A DNA stretch of 43,014 nt from Conidiobolus incongruus B7586 (lineage: Eukaryota). Position numbers and translations under genes: made by a program. The notes under the pieces were generated by a model. The model had not been told where the DNA came from and searched no databases. It saw only the letters and a list, made by a program, of their open reading frames with translations. The stretch lies in NCBI GenBank assembly GCA_000697335.1, contig JNEM01009031.1, positions 1 to 43,014 on the forward strand. The letters run 5' to 3'. Below, piece after piece: positions 39,560 to 43,014 of this stretch. Numbering within the stretch: position 1 is the stretch's first letter; the number at the start of each line of letters is the position of its first letter.

Positions 39560-41194
39560 ATGGAAAAACAAACATCTTCAATTTATGCAATTGAGTCAAA
39601 AACAAATTGGAGAGATTTAGACTCTGATATACTCTTACAAATTGCTTACTACATTCCAGACTCTTTAATTCATTCACTAGGTCTAGTATGTTCTCGGTGG
39701 TCAAATATTCTAACACCCAAAATCTGGCGAAATATTTACAAAGGAATAGATCACAAGCGTAACAAACTTCAAATTATCAAAAAATATGGCAAATTTGTGA
39801 AACATATGGAAAAGGGTAGTTTACAACTTCCTGAAGTAGGTCAGGAAAGTTGGTTGGATCATTGTCCTCATATTTGGTATCACTATTTGCCTTATTACCA
39901 CCCTGATTGTATATTCTCGCCGCAGCTGTTAAGTTTCAAAACATTGTCTGGCACACTTGATGCCATTCCAATGACTTATCTCTGCGACGGAGACGACTGG
40001 ATGAGTCTAGTATTATTATCTCGACTGCGAAATCCCCCAAAAATCCTGGGTTATTACCTCAATTCTCTGGAAGATCCAGCAATTCGATTGCAATCTTTAC
40101 CTTTCGATATGAGTTTCAATATAAAAACTCTAGAATTCATCATTGGCGAATACTTCTCTCTAGATTATTTGATTCAACTGATTGTCGGACTCCCCAATCT
40201 AACTTCACTGAAACTTGCATACCGGAAAGAATCGTCAGTTAATGAATGGTTAGAATTAGAAAAGTTTCTAGCAATGGTAGACAGTTTGAAGTATTTCACA
40301 CTGGATTTGGACATTGAAAAATATAAAATATTGCAAGAGACAGAAATTAAATTTAGAGAGAATGTGGATTTTGTAACTAATATCAAATATTTGGATGTTT
40401 GTTTACCTTATCAAACAGCTAATTCCGCAGGACTCAAAAATATAGCCAAAAATGTTAGTTTTAGCTTTTTTCAATTGTTTGTAATGGCTTCTCCAAACTT
40501 GACTGAAGTTTCAATAGCTGTAGTTGACTACAGAATATTATCTTTACTGTCTAAACATTGTCCAAATTTAATCAAACTGCGTTTTCTTAATCCAATGCCA
40601 GTATTTGACTCAAAAATTAACAACTTTAACAAACTGAAGCAATTGTCAACCTCATCACTCGATGATATTCACTCTTCAATGCCAAATGAATTCAAAACTA
40701 TATTTCCTAATTTAACTCAATTGTATATTGATCACTATTTTGCGCATGTACCTATAACATGCACTCATCATGATCTCTTCCTTCTACCTCAACTTTTCCC
40801 AAAATTGGTCTCCCTCAAATTGTCTCATGATATCAGTCCCAAGACTTTAGAAAGACTGCTTTCGTATGATACACCACTCCATATTGCATATCTCTACCTA
40901 CACTCCCGAAGACATTCGTGGACCAACCTCATCCAACTGGTGAAACAAAAATGTCCAAATTTGCATAAGATAATCTACCACTGGTGCTCACATTGGGATG
41001 GCTACGAAGATTGTCCAATCAATGATCTAATTCAAGAATTCCCTCAAGTTGATATATTTATAGCAAAATTTTTAAAACCTTTTGAATATCAAAATGTAAG
41101 TAATATTTATAATTATGGAATATTTTGTTAATAATTTCAATTGATTTAGATATATAAGATAGAAGATTATGCTAACAAAACATTATTAAATTAA
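39560..41194 (+). CDS. F-box / LRR-like protein, paralog 2 (~526 aa)
   Basis: Collinear full-length similarity to paralog 1 (LPEVGQESWLD, GDDWMxLVLLSR, EYFSLDYLI, YIDHYFAH). ATG at 39560; intron 41096-41149; last exon IYKIEDYANKTLLN*. Confidence 0.85.
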
Positions 41195-43014
41195 ATAATA
41201 ATTTAATTATAAAATGAATATTATAATCGATTTATTTATTCAATATTCTTTTATTAAATTTTATTTTTATTTTTTTTTCATTTTTTAGAGAATAAATAAC
41301 TTTTAAGCTGTTTACATATTTTATTTGATTTATTTTTTTTCTATATTTTTTTCAAATAATATGTTGTAATTTTATGATAAAGTATTAGAGTAATTTCATT
41401 ATTATGAAAATTTATATAGTGAATTTTTTAATTTAATATATAATTATTCTCAGGATATATTTTTAATTTTTAGAAGAAAATCCAATTTAATATCATTTCA
41501 AATATAACAAATTCTTGAAAATATTGTGTCATATATATTTTTTAAAATATATTGAACATCATATTTTATATTTAATAGTTAATATATTAAATCTACAGAT
41601 TAATATATAAAAATATTTTTTCATATTTTGATTATTGGTTTATAAATAATTATAATACTATTTTAATAAAAATATCCAAATTAAATATAATTTCCAAGTC
41701 AGAATCAATATAATTATTTTAAATTTAATTATATTTAAATTTTTTCTAATAATTGAATTAAATGATAATTCTTAAAAAATTATTATAACTTTTAAAATTA
41801 AAAATTTCATTAATAATAATTATCAAAATAAAAATTATATTGGAAATAAATATTAAAAAAATTAAATATTTAAATCAACTATCAAAAAAGATCTAATGAT
41901 TTTATTTCAATATATGTTTGTTGTATTATATTATTTTTAATTATTTTATATTAGATTAATTAAATATTACATAGTATTCAATTTAAAAATTATCAAAATA
42001 TTAGAATATATCAATTATTTTTGATTAATTCATTATTAAACATAATATAAAAAAGTATCATTTTCAAAAATTAAAGAGTTTTTATATCAAAATATCCAAA
42101 AACTTATATTATAATATATTCTGTATTCATAATTATAATATAAATTAATTTCAGATTTTATACTTAAACCTATTTAAAAATATATATCCTCAAAATTCAT
42201 TTTATATATCATCTTAAATTAATAATTATTATAAATATAATTGATCATTATAATGTTAAAATATATTTTATTTATATTCTATATACTTTTTAACTATATT
42301 GCTATATCTATTATTTTTAAAATATCAATATTAAATTTGATAATATATTATTTAAATATAATATAATATTCAGTTTTTCTATAGTCAGTATTTATATAAA
42401 AAAATAAAAAAGGGAAAATCTGAGTCTATGTTTTATTCTATTATTAATTGAATAATAGTTATTTATATATTTTGAAAACTTACCATTTTTCCTCTTTAGA
42501 TTGTTTAAATAAAAGTGTAATTAAGTAATGACAAATAACTAAGTGATTGTGAGATAAGTTGCAATTATTAGACTAGGTGATAATAGTGTAAATAGTTAAC
42601 AATATTGTTAACATATATTATAATAATATAATCAATATTTTATTTACATGCATTTTACTTATAATATAGAAAATAAATTAAAATTAATTTCAATAACATT
42701 AAATCACCATATTTCTTAAAATATTATAAGGATTGAGTATATTATTTTAATATTTCTTAATTTTATCATAAAATTATGATATTTGATTTAATTGATATAT
42801 TAATTTAATAGCTATTTATTATTATTATTCGGTATTTATAGTATTCTAATAAATAACAGAAAATAACATTATATAATACAACCTTTATAATCCCTAATAT
42901 CAATATATATACATCTACATTTGTATATTAGTTGATCAAAAACTATTTATTTCAAATATTTTATTTAAATATTTAATTTGTAAATAACTATACTTTACAA
43001 AAATTTAATTCTAA

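Noticed and set aside
41200..43014. Extremely AT-rich tail, possibly more hypermutated repeat
   Set aside because: No TIRs, TSDs or protein motifs could be recognised.

Overview
AT-rich eukaryotic DNA with many short (~50-60 nt) GT-AG introns. It is most consistent with an early-diverging fungus (Conidiobolus/Entomophthoromycotina-like; inferred from gene content, intron size and the F-box family). Positions 1-12.7 kb are a dense housekeeping block: NCL1/TRM4 (5' part), RPN10, MOCS2B, an unassigned ~310-nt structured GC-rich island, initiator tRNA-Met, ATG10 and UTP10. Positions ~13-23.5 kb are a transposon graveyard with three ~1.3-kb mariner copies (one nested in another at a duplicated TA) and a probable LINE relic; the mariners carry saturating C->T/G->A hypermutation that looks like RIP. 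Positions 24-41 kb hold two intact F-box/LRR-like paralogs, an unannotated pseudogene of the same family and a ~2,200-aa UNC-80-like gene. The best leads are the RIP-like hypermutation, the orphan structured RNA candidate, a shared oriented promoter 9-mer (ATCCCATAA), the fungal UNC-80 homolog and a C3:C70 mismatch in tRNA-iMet.
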